64,000 bases of DNA, taken from Eledone cirrhosa (taxonomy: Eukaryota). The stretch spans positions 19,902,001-19,966,000 of the forward strand of contig OZ024748.1 in NCBI GenBank assembly GCA_964016885.1, in the 5' to 3' direction. The notes under the pieces are model-generated. The model saw only the letters and a program-made list of their open reading frames with translations. It searched no databases and was not told the DNA's origin. Positions 1 through 15,541 of the stretch are shown here, in pieces (position 1 is the first letter of the stretch; each line of letters starts with the position of its first letter). The position numbers and the translations under genes were made by a program.

Positions 1-7
1 TATATAT

Positions 8-47
<40 letters not shown>

Positions 48-248
48 ATATCTATATATAATTATACTTACTTATCAATCAAAACCGCCTTCCAAACCGC
101 ACTAAAAAATATTACCATAAACCCACCTGCCAATACTATTCAGGTATAATCGAAGAAAAGCACTCACTAACACACACATACACACACATACATAGATATA
201 CATTCATACATACACAGACACACATATGTATATATATATATATGTATA

Positions 249-336
<88 letters not shown>

Positions 337-411
337 AATAAATGGAAATTATCTTTATAAAATCTTATTTATTTTATTATATATATATATATATATCTAT
401 ATAAATATATA

Positions 412-454
<43 letters not shown>

Positions 455-526
455 TCACGTCGAAATTACTAGAATAGGATATTGTTATACTTTGAGTGGG
501 TCATGCTGCCAACATATATATATATA

Positions 527-625
<99 letters not shown>

Positions 626-626
626 T

Positions 627-719
<93 letters not shown>

Positions 720-805
720 TTACACACACATATATATATATACACATATTTATATATTTATATATACACACACATTTATATATATATATATTGATATAAT
801 ATATA

Positions 806-925
806 TTGGCAGTATCGGTAGAGGGTCGGACGCCATGCTTTCCAGCATAGTTACGTCCCTTTACGATCTGAGTTCAAATCCCGCCGAGGTTGACTTTGCC
901 TTTCATCCTTACGGGGTCGATAAAA
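806..925 (+). mobile_element. tRNA-derived SINE family I (Meta-domain-like)
   Basis: tggcagtatcggtagag..gagttcaaatcc (A/B boxes)..gcctttcatccttacggggtcgataaaa. Other copies at about 30705-30875(-), 33630-33810(+), 35980-36072, 39338-39452, 41941-42150(+), 43945-44100(-), 51680-52050(-, two). Confidence 0.85.
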
Positions 926-2135
926 CAATTATGTACATATATATTTACACACACACATACACATACACACACACACCCAAACACGCACAGACATACACAC
1001 AGACACACGCACAGACATACACACAGACATCTACATACACAGAGAGGGATACAGAGTCACACACGTTTACACACACACGTGTACACAGAGTGAAACACAC
1101 ACAGAGATACACACAAACTCATACACACGCATCCACATACCCGCTTACACACACACACATACACACATATACACAACAGATACATATCCAACCTACAATA
1201 TACATACACACATACCCGCTTACACACACCTATACACACATAACGTTTACACACACATACACACATGCACACACACACATACCCACAAACATACACACAT
1301 ACCTACTCACACACTCATAGATACACACACATACCCGCTTACACACACATAGATACACACACACACACAGACCTAATTACAACATACCCACCCACCTATA
1401 CACACACATACACACATACCCACACACACAAACAACATACCCACACACACATAACATACCCACACACACAAACAACACACCAACAACATACACACACACA
1501 CATACAACACACCAACAACATACACACACACACACATACAACACACCAACAACATACACACACGTACAACATACCAACAACATACCCACAACATACACAC
1601 ACACACACATACACACACCAACAACATATCCACACATACAACATACCAACAACATACCCACAACATACACACACACACATACAACATACCAACAACATAT
1701 CCACACATACAACATACCAACAACATACGCACACATACAACATACCAACAACATACACACACATACAACATACCAACAACATACCCCACACATACACACA
1801 CACACACAACATACCCACAACACACACACAACATACCAACAACATTTTCACACACACAACATACCCTCACACACATACAACATACCAACAACATACCCAC
1901 ATACACACACAACACACCCACAACATACCCCCACACACACATACAACATACTCACACACACACACACATACAACCTAGCTAGAAACAGTTCTGTATGAAC
2001 AAGACACAGTTAGCTGACCTGACTTGCCTCAAATGGGACAACCCGTCAAACCCATGCTATAACGTGGAAAATGGACATTAAACGATGATGATGATGATGA
2101 TAATAATAATAATAATATATATATATATATATAGC

Positions 2136-2330
2136 TTTAATATAGATGAGATTCTACAGGACTAGAACTGTTTCATTCTTTAGAAATCATCAGGATGGTG
2201 ATTTCTGATGATTTCTAAAGAATGAAACAGTTCTAGTCCTGTGGAATCTCATCTATATTAAATAAAACTTTTAGACTCTGCAATGTATTGAGTACCTTAC
2301 TTACTGGGGTTACCTCCGACTCCACCCGGA

Positions 2331-2333
<3 letters not shown>
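2136..2333 (+). mobile_element. Family A pLTR-like element with fold-back (inverted repeat 2136-2262) and two damaged HHR cores
   Basis: ~58 bp arms, each with CTGATGA..GAAACAG; tail similar to the reverse complement of 13543-13660 and 33364-33440; (TA)n flanks. Confidence 0.7.
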
Positions 2334-2392
<59 letters not shown>

Positions 2393-2448
2393 CATATTTG
2401 ATTGAATGTTTAACAACATACCCCCCCCCACCTACACACACACACACT

Positions 2449-2489
<41 letters not shown>

Positions 2490-2547
2490 AGAGAGAATGA
2501 GAGAGATAGGAGGCCCCTACACACACACACACACACTAACACAGAGA

Positions 2548-2596
<49 letters not shown>

Positions 2597-2630
2597 TAGA
2601 GAGAGAGAATGAGAAAGATAGGAGGCCCCT

Positions 2631-2661
<31 letters not shown>

Positions 2662-2700
2662 CACAGAGAGAGAGAGAGAGAGAGGGAGATAGATAGATAG

Positions 2701-2742
<42 letters not shown>

Positions 2743-4375
2743 GATGAGAGATAGAGATAGAGAGAGATAGGATGAGAGAGATAGGAGGGGAGAGAGATAG
2801 GAGGAGAGAGAGAGAGAGAGTAGTAAAGGAAATGAAATGGGCTTTAGAAATGGTATCAAGTGATTTCGGAATTGTTGCAGCTAGAAAGTGTATGTTGTAC
2901 GCTGTGTGTTGTGTGTTGTGTGTTGTGCACTAAGACGTACCTAGTGACATACAGCTGTATTATTGAACAGGTAGTGCTGCTTGCATAAATTAACGTTGAT
3001 ATAATCTCTCTTCTCTCTTGCTCACCTAACAAACATCTTATGTAACATGGCAGGCAGTCAGGCAGCCACTCAGTCAGTCAGTCAGTCAGTCAGTCAGTGG
3101 TGGTATTGGTGGTGGTGGTGGTGGTGGTATTGGTGGTATTGGGTGTAGGGGGGTGTGGTGGTGGGTATTGTTGGTGTGGGTGGTGTGGGGGTATTGGGGG
3201 TGGTGGTGGGTATTGTCGGTGTGGGTGGTGTGGGGGTATTGGGGGTGGTAGTGGTGGTGTGGTGGTATTGGTGGTGGTGGTGGTGGTGGTGGTGGTATTG
3301 GTGGTGGTGGTGGTGGTATCGGGTGTGGGGGGGTATTGTTGGTGGGGGGGGGGTATTGTTGGTGGGGGGGGGGGTATTGGGGGTAGTTGTGGTGGTTGTA
3401 TTGGTGGTGGTGTGGTGAGGTGGTATTGGTGTGGTGGTTGTATTGATGGTGGTGTGGTGTGGTGGTATTGGTGGTGGTATTGGTGGAGGAGTGGTGTTAT
3501 TGGGGGCGGGGTGGGGTGTTAGTGGTGGTGGTGGTAGTGGTGGTGGAGTGGTGTGGCGGTATTGGTGGTGGGGTGGTATTGGTGGTGGTGGTGGTGGGGG
3601 GGGGGGGGGGGGGGTATTGGTGGTCGTGGTATAGGTGGTGGTGGTGGAAGTGGTATTGGTGGTGGTGGTAGTGGTGGTGGTGTTGGTAGTAGTGATAGTG
3701 GTAGTGGTGGTGTGAGGTAGTGGTAGTGGTGGTGGTGGTAGTGGCGGTGGATATTGGATGGATCGAACGAAAGACGCGCGGACACACAGACACACAATCA
3801 CGCACACACATAAATACACAGACACAGACACAGACACAGACACATGGACACGTGGATACACGGATACACTCATACACACATACACACATACACACGGATA
3901 CACAGACATACATACACATACACACAGCCACAGTGACACACTCACAGATAGATACACATACACACAGTCCCAGTGACACACACACATACTGAGGCACACG
4001 CACACACACACATATATACGTACACACCGTCACAGGGACACGCTCACACACAGATGCACGTACACACAGTCACAGGGACACAGAGACACACTCACGCACA
4101 GATGCACATACACACACTCACAGCAACACACGGATAAAGAGACACACTCACACACAGATACACTGACACACAGTCACAACGACACACACATACAAGGACA
4201 CACGCATACACATATATTCATGGACGGGTGCGTAAATACATATAGATACATAGACACACTCACACACAGATAAAGAGAGGCACTGTTACACAAACACATA
4301 GATACATAAACACATATACACAGATGTACAGACACAGATATAGAAATACATATATATACATAGATATACATATAT

Positions 4376-4458
<83 letters not shown>

Positions 4459-4647
4459 GTTATATAGATACGGTGATATATAGATATAGATATATAGATA
4501 GAAAGGTATATAGATATATAGATATCTAGATATCTAGATATGCAGATATATAGATATATAGATATATCGATATATAGATATATCGATATATAGATATAGA
4601 TATGCAGATACACAGATATAGATATGCAGATACGCTGATATATAGAT

Positions 4648-4727
<80 letters not shown>

Positions 4728-4750
4728 TTATATATATATATATTATATAG

Positions 4751-4791
<41 letters not shown>

Positions 4792-5677
4792 TGCACAGAT
4801 ATATAGATAAACAGGTATATAGATATACATATACCCAGACGTATAGATATATAGATATATAGATATATAGATATATATAGATAAAAAGATATACAGATAA
4901 ATATATATAGATATTTAGGTATAGGTGTATAGAAAAACAGATATATAGATATAGAGATCAACAGATATATATATATATAAACACAGATATGAGTTAAGCC
5001 AGCCAGATGAGGAAATAACGCCTTTGATGTCGTGTGTTCACTGCCTTACAGACACATATTTTTCTCTCCTTCTTTCTCTCTCATGCCCTCTTTCCCGGTC
5101 TCTCTCTCTCTTTTTCTTTTTCTCCATTTCCCGCTCTCTCACTCTCTCTCTCACGGATTATCAAATGGGGAAGAAAACATGACATTGTGTATAATTTGAG
5201 TAGAGCGCTTTCATCTTTCATGAGACTTATCAATATATAAATTTGAAGGAACAACACCAGTAACCCACCCATGAAGTATCAGAGAATGGAACTGCATGAA
5301 TAATCTTTTTATTTTTGTCCATTCTATTTCATTTATGTAACTTTCTGTTCGCGTAATAGTTGTCTGGCGAAGCCGTAACTGTTACATAACAGTTATCATT
5401 GAAATACGTATAACAGTGATTGTGTAACAAATAAATAAGGTAAACTCTAACCTAAACAAATAAATATTCTTAAAAAGACTCCAGTTGCATTTTCGATTTC
5501 ATCTTTTTTTCTTATACTTTCACTCGTGTAGGACATTTCGTTTTTTTTTCATTTTGTAAAAAAAAAACTCATTTTCTCATATATATATGCTGTGTTTTTT
5601 CTGTTCTCTTTTTGCATATATATATATAAAATACAATATATTAACAAATGGAAACTATATTTATAAAAGCATATTTA

Positions 5678-5739
5678 TTTCATTATACATATTTCAAGGG
5701 CCACCAAGGTAAACTATGGTGCGCTTTCATCAGATAAAA
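5678..5739 (-). ncRNA. Type I hammerhead ribozyme motif (family G)
   Basis: Minus strand ttttat-CTGATGA-aagcgcacc..ggtggccctt-GAA-ATATGTAT-A-atgaaa. Confidence 0.72.
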
Positions 5740-5832
5740 TATTGTATATTTACTCCAATAATTTGTTGAGTGCTTTATATCAGTTATAAAAATATTTTGC
5801 TTGTTGTATCCCAACAAATTAAATATAACCTC

Positions 5833-5918
<86 letters not shown>

Positions 5919-5922
<4 letters not shown>

Positions 5923-6073
5923 AAAAAGAGATGAAATCGAAAATGCAACTGGAGTCTTATTTAAAAAAAAAAAATAAGACTCCAGTTGCATTTTCGATTT
6001 CATCTCTTTTTCTTTATACTTTCACTCGTGTAGGACACCTCGGTTATTTTTCATTTTGTAAAAAGAACCTCAC

Positions 6074-6080
<7 letters not shown>
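5919..6080. mobile_element. Family H repeat with fold-back; copies 5477-5580, 27022-27210, 37398-37680
   Basis: Shared gactccagttgcattttcgatttc motif in inverted arrangement; the 37.4 kb copy has GAAACCGGTA in both arms. Confidence 0.6.
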
Positions 6081-6111
<31 letters not shown>

Positions 6112-6113
<2 letters not shown>

Positions 6114-6309
6114 CGAAGGAAATGTGGTAAGGAACCAGGTGGACCATAACGCACCAAAGTACTCAATACTTAGGGTAGTAGAGTGGGTAATAGGAACAAG
6201 TAAGACCCCGACGGCTGAACTCGAGCCGTTTCGACGGCTAATTCTGTAAATCGAGTACAGAATTAGCTGTCGAAACGGCTTGAGCTCAGCCGTCGGGGTC
6301 TTACTTGTT

Positions 6310-6314
<5 letters not shown>
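6112..6314 (-). mobile_element. Family B fold-back element (3' half of HHR); copies 26793-26982, 37210-37335, 43048-43254
   Basis: Arms carry GAA-ACGGCT tgagctc AGCCGT-C-ggggtc; inverted repeat 6190-6314; all copies in (TA)n. Confidence 0.7.
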
Positions 6315-6348
<34 letters not shown>

Positions 6349-6430
6349 GTGAAAGAGTGAAGAATACCATGGTTGGCTGTACAAAAAAGGTTTTATTCAC
6401 AGTATTAACAATTGTTTCATTGATATCGGA

Positions 6431-6537
6431 TATTCCGATGATTTGATCAGAGACACACTGTATTTAAGGTCGAGTGACGCAATTTCGAGTGATCAGCAGC
6501 CTTTAGACTCACCTAATCAATGAAACAATTGTTAATA
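6431..6537 (+). ncRNA. Hammerhead motif with CCGAUGA core and long stem II, inside fold-back 6347-6599
   Basis: tatt-CCGATGA-t-ttgat..atcaa-t-GAA-ACAATTGT-T-aata. Confidence 0.6.
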
Positions 6538-6779
6538 CTGTAAATAAAACTTTTTTTGTACAGCAGCCGACCATGTTATTCTTCACTCTTTCACTACTAT
6601 TACTCCAAGAATGACCTACATGGGAATTCTCGCAAACTCGCTACCTAACTAAGGAAACCTCTTGTTGAGTCAAACAACGCCGTACATTAAAACTATCCAC
6701 AATACAGAGTACTCACACCTCTAACTGGATTACTAAAACGATAACTTGTTATATCATATATATATATATACACACACAC

Positions 6780-6817
<38 letters not shown>

Positions 6818-6854
6818 ATAAATATGCTTTGTTATTTCTGTTTTCCTGTTTTCC

Positions 6855-6932
<78 letters not shown>

Positions 6933-6976
6933 ATATAATATATAAGAACAAAAGATGGTTAAAAGAGTTCCATGTA

Positions 6977-7043
6977 TTTTATTATGCGCATTTCAAAAAC
7001 AAATATCATCATGCAATAATATTTGTGTTTTCATCAGATAAAA
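6977..7043 (-). ncRNA. Type I hammerhead ribozyme motif (family G)
   Basis: Minus strand ttttat-CTGATGA-aaacacaaatat..atatttgttttt-GAA-ATGCGCAT-A-ataaaa; all three helices pair. Confidence 0.82.
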
Positions 7044-7206
7044 CAGGAAGACATGATATGAAGGTTAAAAAACACTTGTGGATAGTTCAGTTTTAAATCA
7101 ACATTTACTTTCTTATATATTATGTATACTCCAGTCCTACAAACTGTAGAGTGCTTCTTATCCGATATCTGCATTGCTTTATTGTACTACAATAAAACTC
7201 ACCTCC

Positions 7207-7251
<45 letters not shown>

Positions 7252-7493
7252 TAAGAAAAACTATGAAGTTTCGTATGTATTTATGTTTTTGTTGTCTATC
7301 GGCCTGTTACGTGCTTATTGAACTATAACTATATATATATACTGTTCAACTAAATGAACTACTAGAATGCTCATCGCCGATACCGTTGAAGATCCGTTTA
7401 CTTTCTTTACTTACGTGTCTATTTTATGTGTTTGTTGTAATGTCTTTTCATGAGTTTATGTAATATGTTTGTAAATTGTATCTGTTTATATTA

Positions 7494-7618
<125 letters not shown>

Positions 7619-7750
7619 TGTATGGTGTGTATGTGTAAGTGATGTATGTGCGTCATGCATGTGTGTCATGTACTGCATATTTTATATGTGTGTGATAAAT
7701 TCCTCGCGATGTATGTGCATAAATATGTGTAGTTGCATGATGTTTGCGAT

Positions 7751-7783
<33 letters not shown>

Positions 7784-9590
7784 GATATACACACATACAT
7801 ACATAATATACACAAATACACAAATGCACACACACACACATATATATATGAGTGTGTGTGTGTGTTTGTGTGTATTATATATATATATATATATGTGTGT
7901 GTGTGGTGTGTGTTTGTGTGTATAAGGTATGTGATATATATATGTGTATGTGTGTCTCTGTGTGTGTGTTTGTGTGTATTGTATATATATATATGCGTGT
8001 GTGTGGTGTGTGTTTGTGTGTATAAGGTATGTGATATATATATATGTGTATGTGTGTCTGTGTGTGTGTGTGTTTGTGTGTATTATATATATATATGTAT
8101 GTGTGTGTGGTGTGTATTTGTGTGTATAAGGTATGTGATATATATATGTGTATGTGTGTCTGTGTGTGTGTGTTTGTGTGTATTATATATATATATATAT
8201 ATGTGTGTGTGGTGTGTGTTTGTGTGTATAAGGTATGTGATATATATATATGTGTATGTGTGTCTGTGTGTGGTGTGTGTTTGTGTGTATAAGGTATGTG
8301 ATATATATATGTGTATGTGTGTGTGTGTGTGTGGTGGGTGTTTGTATCATGTTAACACTGCCCCCCCCCCCCCCCCATTTAAACCACACCAAAAACAACT
8401 GTGTCCTGTGAAAATACAATTACATCAGTTTAAGTGTTGTGTAAGCTAGCTGTACACCTGCACTTTATACTGGTGGTGGTGGTGGTGGTGGTGGTGGTTG
8501 GGGTGGGGGGGGGGGGGAGTTGTGGGGGGGTGTTGTGGGGGATTATATGGTGTGTATGCTTCTGGTGGTGGTGGTGGTGGTGGTTGTGGCAGGGGGGGGG
8601 GGTTAGTTGTGGTTGGGGTGGCGGTGGTGGTGGTGTTGTGGGGTATTATATGGTGTGTATGATTCTGGTGGTGGTGGTGGTGGTGGTGGTTGTGGCAGGG
8701 GGGGGGGGGTTTAGTTGTGGTTGGAGTGGCGGTGGTGGTGGTGTTGTGGGGGATTATATGGTGTGTATGCTTCTGGTGGTGGTGGTGGTGGTGGTTGTAG
8801 CAGGGGGGGGGGGGGGTTAGTTGTGGTTGGGGTGGCGGTGGTGGTGGTGTTGTGGGGGATTATATGGTGTGTATGCTTCTGTGGGGGGGGAAGTTGGGGG
8901 GGTGGGGGGGGGGGGGGATTATATGGTGTGTATGCTTCTGGTGGTGGTGGTGGTGGAGTTGGTGGTGGAGTTGGTGAGATGTGGTTTGTGTGGGGTATGG
9001 TTGTGATGGTGGTGGTGGTGATGGTGGTGGTTGGAGGGGTGGCGTGGTGGTTGTGGTTGTGGTGGTGTTGGTGGTGTTGGTGGTAGTTGTGGCGTTAGTG
9101 GGTGTGGGGTGGGTGGGGGTAGTTCTGGTGGTGGTTGGTGGGAAGGGGGGTAGTTGTGGTGTTGGTGGTAGTTGTGGTGTTGGTGTTGTTGGTGGTAGTT
9201 GTGGTGTTAGTGGGTGGGGGTGGTAGTTCTGGTAGGGGGGGAGTAGTTGTGGTGTTGGTGGTAGTTGTGGTGTTGGTGGTGTTGGTGGTAGTTGTTGTGG
9301 TGTTGGTGGTGTTGGTGGTAGTTGTTGTGGTGTTGGTGGTGTTGGTGGTAGTTGTGGTGTTAGTGGGGAGAGGGGGTAGTTCTGGTGGAGGTTGGGGGAA
9401 GGGGGTAGTTGCGGTGTTGGTGGGGGGGGGGCGGGGGTAGTTCTGGTGGTGATGTGTTTTCTACTCGGTTTTAGATCAAATTATGGCCAATAATATTTCA
9501 ATGGCACCAGGGAATTGCGAATATGATGCAACAGTGAAGTGTCAAGGTAGAGGTGGGGCGGCAGGTGTGTAGAATATAACTCCAGAAACT

Positions 9591-10113
9591 CACACATACA
9601 ACAGACATAGTCACGGTTATACTACACACATACATACAAGATACTACATATATACACATTAACACAGTTACTACACACATTCACACAAATACTGCACACA
9701 TACAACAGACATAGTCACGGTTATACTACTCACATACATACAAGATACTACATATATACACATTAACACAGTTACTACACACATTCACACAAATACTGCA
9801 CACATACAACAGACATAGTCACGGTTATACTACACACATACATACAAGATACTACATATATACACATTAACACAGTTACTACACACATTCACACAAATAC
9901 TGTACACATACAACAGACATAGTCACGGTTATACTACACACATACATACAAGATACTACATATATACACATTAACACAGTTACTACACACATTCACACAA
10001 ATACTGCACACATACAACAGACATAGTCACGGTTATACTACACACATACATACAAGATACTACATATATACACATTAACACAGTTACTACACACATTCAC
10101 ACAAATACTGCAC
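9591..10113. repeat. 104 bp minisatellite, ~5 near-identical copies
   Basis: acagacatagtcacggttatac recurs at 9601, 9705, 9809 and onward. Confidence 0.92.
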
Positions 10114-10940
10114 GTATACACATCCAAACAGCTACTACGGACATGCATACACATATTGACACGTACACACGCATACTGTACACATACAAACAGATACTAC
10201 ATACACATGTACACAGACATTACACAGATACACACTCAAACACTCACACTCACAAACACCCACATATATATATATGTGTGTGTGTGTGTGCGTGTGTGTG
10301 TGTGCGTGTGTGTGCGTGCGTCTGTATATACACATATATAGTCATATATATATATATATATACTTCCATATATGCATTCCATATTACAAATGAATGTATT
10401 TATTCATGTATACAAATCTTTTTCTCACATTTCCACATACACACTGTCCTCCTCTCTCTTTCTCTCTCTCTGCACACACACGCACGCACACGCACACACA
10501 CATACATACACACAAGCACACCCACACAGCACACACACTCATATATACATATATCCATATATACATATATACATATATCTATTTCTTCTCTGCAGATGGA
10601 CGTGCATCGTGTTCACTTCAGAATGTGCAGGTTTTGTGACAAACAGAGTCGGCACTTACATATTCCATTGTAGTATAAGAGTTGTATCAACAATGCTCTA
10701 GGTTATGTCCCTTGGCTCTAAAGCCAACTTTCCATCATTTCAGGGTCAAGAAATAAAATGCCAGTCAATTACTGCAGATCGTTTCCTCCGCTCTCTACCT
10801 CACCCTCTGTCTCACTCTCCACCTCTCCCTTCATTTCAACGAATTTTACAGGTCAGGCATTATCACATTTTGTCACACTGGTTTGAATTAATATATATTT
10901 TTGCACAAATTATATAACAGTATGTCCACACATACACAGC

Positions 10941-10979
<39 letters not shown>

Positions 10980-11610
10980 ATAAATTATCGAGATTCGCAT
11001 TTCGGCCCACGAAATAACGAAAAACAACCTCCGAGGTGTGAGGCAAGTGCTCAATGATTCAGATGAACCAGAGCTATAACAAACGTTAAACGCCAAACAC
11101 GCTGAGACGATGATTAAACAATCATTCGCATAGCCAAAAAAACGATCAAGTAATTCGGGTATTGAAAATTTACCCGGATCCCGGGAAGGTTGGTAAAATC
11201 CAGTATATGGGTTTCTGCGGCTCCTAAATCAAGTACCGTCCGCTTACATAAATAATGTCAGGCTTCTGGTAAGATGATTGAACAAGGAAGCCACTTTCTC
11301 AACAGGTTTTAGTTCAATGTTAATACAAGGACTGACTATTGCTGACTCGACGTGGGGATCGGCAAGGGAGGCAGCCCTTATATCAGGCGAATAAATTCAG
11401 TTGTGTATATGTTTGCAAGAATGCAAAAACATCACAAATCGAATAGAGTTCTCAACAGAAGGGTTAAAATTAACATATTAAAATTAACATATATATATAT
11501 ATTAAAATACAATAAATATTAATAACTCTGGAAAATGTTTTTGCTATAGAGTGCTTCCAATCTACTGTAAAACTTATTCTTTGATGTACTCATTGAATCT
11601 TGTTTAACTC

Positions 11611-11680
<70 letters not shown>

Positions 11681-12109
11681 CCGTGCCGTTTGCTTTGTTA
11701 ATTCTGTTTACCTTTTACATCCATATATGCACATATATTTGTGTGTGTATATATATGTATATGTATATATATGTGTGTGTGTGTGTGTGTGAGTGAGTGA
11801 GTGAGTGAGTGTGTCTATATATATATATACATATACATATATATATATATCAACTCACTGAAATATTCACAAACACTTGGACTTAAACAATGAAGACTTG
11901 TCACATTTTTACTGACAAGTCTCGATTTCTGTGAAGTAGAACTTAAATAAATCTCAAAGAAAGACATGCATACACACACACACAGTCACACACAAACACA
12001 CACATATATATATACATATTATATATATTATATATATATTATATATACTATATATATATATACATATATATATACATTATACATGTTATGTATATACATA
12101 TATATATTA

Positions 12110-12181
<72 letters not shown>

Positions 12182-12258
12182 CATATTATGTATATACATA
12201 TATATATATGTATATATATATGTGTGTGTATATATATATATATATATATAATACATAT

Positions 12259-12308
<50 letters not shown>

Positions 12309-12752
12309 TATATACATGGATACGTACCTACCAACCCATCTACATGTATACATATATACCCACATACAATCATAGATACATACGTATATCTATGGGTGTG
12401 TTGTGTGTGTACGCTGGTAATGCATTTAATCTTAGTGTGTTGTTTTAAAGTTTGATTTGTTTTAATATTTAATAATGTGTGGAACGGTGATAGAGTTTGA
12501 GTGAGCTAGAGAGACTGGCAGACAGAGAGAGAGGGTGGGGGAGAGAAGAGTTGTGTGTTGTGTATGATAAGAGCAGATTCGATTACAGTTGAACGTTGTG
12601 GCTTAATCAACACAGCAATTCCCAATAGAGATTATATAACCACTACTGTGTGTGATTGTTATCTCATCTGACCTGGATAGTGAGAGATGCCGTAAGTTGT
12701 TCTGGAGACCCACACAGAACAATGTGAAACATTAAGCTGACACGGCACAGAG

Positions 12753-12888
<136 letters not shown>

Positions 12889-13013
12889 TATATATACACG
12901 GACACACACACAGATATATATAGCGATGAAATACCAATGATGGTTGGAAGATCACTGATGAAGGACTAACTTTATTCATATGTAACCCATTAGCAACCAC
13001 GCAGCACGTTTAT

Positions 13014-13079
<66 letters not shown>

Positions 13080-13120
13080 TTCAAAATATTAACAGAAATA
13101 GACATTCGTGTGATCAAGTA

Positions 13121-13187
13121 TATTTTATTATACATATTTCAGAGGTACTGAGCTATCTTCAACAGTACGTCCTCATCAGATAAAATA
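13121..13187 (-). ncRNA. Type I hammerhead ribozyme motif (family G)
   Basis: Minus strand tattttat-CTGATGA-ggacgtactg..cagtacctct-GAA-ATATGTAT-A-ataaaata. Confidence 0.8.
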
Positions 13188-13315
13188 AGATGATGCATGA
13201 CATACCCTGACTAAGTAGATGGTTAAAATTCAGTCATGGCAGTGAATAAGATATGACAAAACTCAATAGTTTATATATATATATAGTTATATATATATAT
13301 ATATAGTATATATAT

Positions 13316-13418
<103 letters not shown>

Positions 13419-13420
13419 TT

Positions 13421-13471
13421 AGTTTCAGAAGATCCCGTTAAGGGTGAAAGCAGCGATTCTTTGCTTAAACT
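13421..13471 (+). ncRNA. Hammerhead-like motif (family D), CAGAAGA core; decayed copy at 33580-33625 (-)
   Basis: agttt-CAGAAGA-t-ccc gttaa ggg-t-GAA-AGCA..TGCT-T-aaact. Confidence 0.55.
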
Positions 13472-13491
13472 TTAATCTGTTATTTTAATAA

Positions 13492-13524
<33 letters not shown>

Positions 13525-13756
13525 GTGTGGGGGGGGGGGGTTTATCCCGGTTTCAATCGGGGGTAACCAGCGTAAGTAAGGTTAATACAATGCAGAGTAT
13601 AAATATTTAATATAGAAATAGCATCTACAGAACTAGACCTGTTTCATTCGAAGGAAATCGTATATATATATATCATATATACATATATATATATATATAT
13701 ATGATATATATATATTTATTTATATGTGATATATATATATACATATATATGACATG

Positions 13757-13849
<93 letters not shown>

Positions 13850-13981
13850 GTATGTTTAATGGTAGCTATGGTGATTCCATAAGCGGTATGCCAGTTGAGC
13901 ACTCAATGTTCTTACAGAGTAGTGTGTAAATAATATAAACAAACGAAAAAATCAGTGATGCATCTGGACTCAGTTTATTGC

Positions 13982-14069
13982 GTGTTACAATTGTTTCGCC
14001 GGCAGATAGCTCGAGGCACGATCATTGTGTGGATCTGCCTGATTCTATAACTGCGGGTTCTTCGGACAC
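13982..14069 (-). ncRNA. Hammerhead motif with CCGAAGA core and long stem II
   Basis: Minus strand gtgt-CCGAAGA-acccgcag..ctgccggc-GAA-ACAATTGT-A-acac. Confidence 0.6.
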
Positions 14070-14550
14070 ATGCAATGCTTTCGGAGCAAATTTTCTCACT
14101 GGGGTTTTAGCTTCAAAAAACACCTTCAAAAAACATCTTCCACTCTTGATGTGTCATTGGCTGTTTTTCTACGTCATCATAAATTCTGGTCACTAGTTGC
14201 TGCCACACTCGTCATCAGCTGGGTTTAGTATCTCACACGTCCGCTCACACTCACGAGTACATACCCACAGATACATACGCACATACAAATACACACATAC
14301 GCAGACACATACACCTATATGCATACACATATGCACGTACACATGTGTAGACACACACACCCATACACACACACACTCCCTCTCCTACACATACCCAAGC
14401 ATACACACACATAGACGCAACTCCAGGTAGAAGGAGCAACGTGAAATAAAGTGTCTTGCTCAAGGACATAACGCATCGCCTGGTCCAGGAATCGAACTCA
14501 CAACCTTACGATTGCGAATCCAATTCTCTAACCACTCAGCCACACGCCTT

Positions 14551-14631
<81 letters not shown>

Positions 14632-15395
14632 TGTATGCATGTATATTACACCAATGTTATGTACAAATTGTTTTCTAATCTAGGCAGAAGGCCAGCAAGT
14701 TTGGTTGAACGGCAAAATTGTTTAAATCAACCTCAGTAGATGACTGATACTTTATCTATCGACCGACTTACTTCGGTGAGATTTGTACTCAGAATGAAAA
14801 AAGCCAGACCAACTGCATTAATGTTACGGTATTTTATCGCATACGATACAAATTCTGCAAATCCACCATAAGTGTATAATAATGTACAAACAGTACTAAA
14901 AACATGAAATCTGTAAATTTCATGACTTAAACTATAACATCGGAAGAAAATACAACAATTTCTCGTCATTTAATCATGGATTTAAAACCAGAAGCCATTC
15001 TGGTCATAATGCAGAACACCATACAATGATAAATAGAAAAATATTACTGAATAACGCTATCATACTATAAATAATTCCAGCATGGCCTCAGCCGGATGGC
15101 TGAAACAGGTAAAAGAGTAAAAGAGTAAAAACAAAAATGGAAGTTTAACTATAGAAGCTTTATAAATTGTTAAATTTAAAACAAAAAACAGTACACAGAA
15201 ACATAACACGTGAAATAAAGTTAGCAGGATTAAAACTATTTTTAGTAATTATATATTTATGTATTAGTTCATTATTTTGAAATTACAATTTGATCAGTAA
15301 CAACAACATTCCCATCTTTGTTCTGACTTCCTGTTATTCTTCTCCTCGGTAGAAATCTATCTAACCATTTATACATCTATCTTCCCCTCTCTTTC

Positions 15396-15541
<146 letters not shown>

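Larger units (their letters stand above)
1..4980. repeat. Compound microsatellite field: (TA)n, (CA)n variants, (GA)n, (GGT)n, (GATA)n
   Basis: Directly visible; similar fields at 7500-9450, 11950-12400, 19210-19860, 32330-33050, 37860-39170, 45980-48830, 60290-60945. Confidence 0.95.

Noticed and set aside
3094-4011. Pro/Thr/His-rich extensin- or mucin-like ORF
   Set aside because: Derived from (GGT)n/(CA)n repeats with all frames open and no splice or start context.
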